Shown here: piece after piece, positions 63,451-64,000 of the stretch
Position numbering within the stretch: the first letter of the stretch is position 1
How the letters are laid out: the number at the start of each line of letters is the position of its first letter
Origin: Gnetum montanum
Taxonomy: Eukaryota > Plantae > Gnetophyta
Length of the DNA stretch: 64,000 nucleotides
Reading direction: 5' to 3'
Assembly (NCBI GenBank): GCA_015680685.1
Contig: MNCI01003167.1
Coordinates: 169,536 to 233,535, forward strand
The notes under the pieces: generated by a model
The model's input: only the letters and a program-made list of their open reading frames with translations
Database searches by the model: none
What the model was told of the DNA's origin: nothing
Made by a program: the position numbers and the translations under genes

Positions 63451-64000
63451 TTATTTGCAATTTCTTCAAATCATCTTTCATAGTTTCTTTCCATGTATTC
63501 TTTGGTCTTTCTTTCAATGGCTTTTTTGAAACAATGATGTAGTAGCCTTTTCTTATAGGTTCATTATTTGATCTTCTTTATACATGTTCAAACCATTCAA
63601 GCTAGCATTCTTGTAGCTTATCTAAAATAGAAGCCACTCCAAGTCTTTATTTGATGTATGTATTATTAGTTCACAATTTATAATAATTATTCTATAAGAA
63701 GAAGCTGATAGTCATCTTTAATACAAGAGGTATTTAGATTACAAAAATTGATACATATCGACATATTCATTTTCTAGCTACTACCAGATTTTATATTCAA
63801 TTGGAATACCTCATGTAATAAATGATTTATATTTTAGAAGTTTATTAATTTCTACTTTTATTAAGATTTTATCTTTGGGTTAACAAGTCAAAGTTTTTAC
63901 CTAATTGACTTTATTTAAAGTTTAAGAGATATAGTGTGTGTCATCATGATAAGGTTAAAAGTTTTAAGGTATTCATAACTCCAAGCTAAGACATCATTGA

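Overview
This is AT-rich, CG/CHG-depleted, repeat-dense DNA, most likely heterochromatin from a large land-plant genome. I found no intact host gene, RNA gene or CRISPR array. The window is a stack of nested, decayed LTR retrotransposons. (A) An Athila-like Ty3/gypsy element on + has gag-PR-RT-RH-INT at 1-5450, a 3' accessory ORF at about 33350-36050, and a PPT and LTR at 36279. (C) A younger non-autonomous gag-PR-only relative of A is inserted in it on - (6456-13764). (B) An 18.8-kb Tat-type element with an archaeal-type RNase H is also inserted in A on - (14241-33000). The LTR at 36279-37057 is followed by a PBS-like site and a second gag start, suggesting a tandem second unit that may end at an LTR at 58061-58936. 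That stretch holds a gag-only SIRE-like copia element (D, 39170-43929), a Tat gag fragment and a solo LTR with a perfect TSD (54533-55492). Another gypsy pol remnant lies at about 61050-63450 (-). The best candidate for something undescribed is element B. Its pol is split by an ~8.3-kb spacer between protease and RT. The spacer appears to hold a divergent promoter region, a 5'-UTR-type intron leading to an in-frame ATG for a separate RT-RH-aRH-INT reading frame, and an antisense three-exon mini-gene with well-formed splice signals. All alignments and identities were judged by eye.
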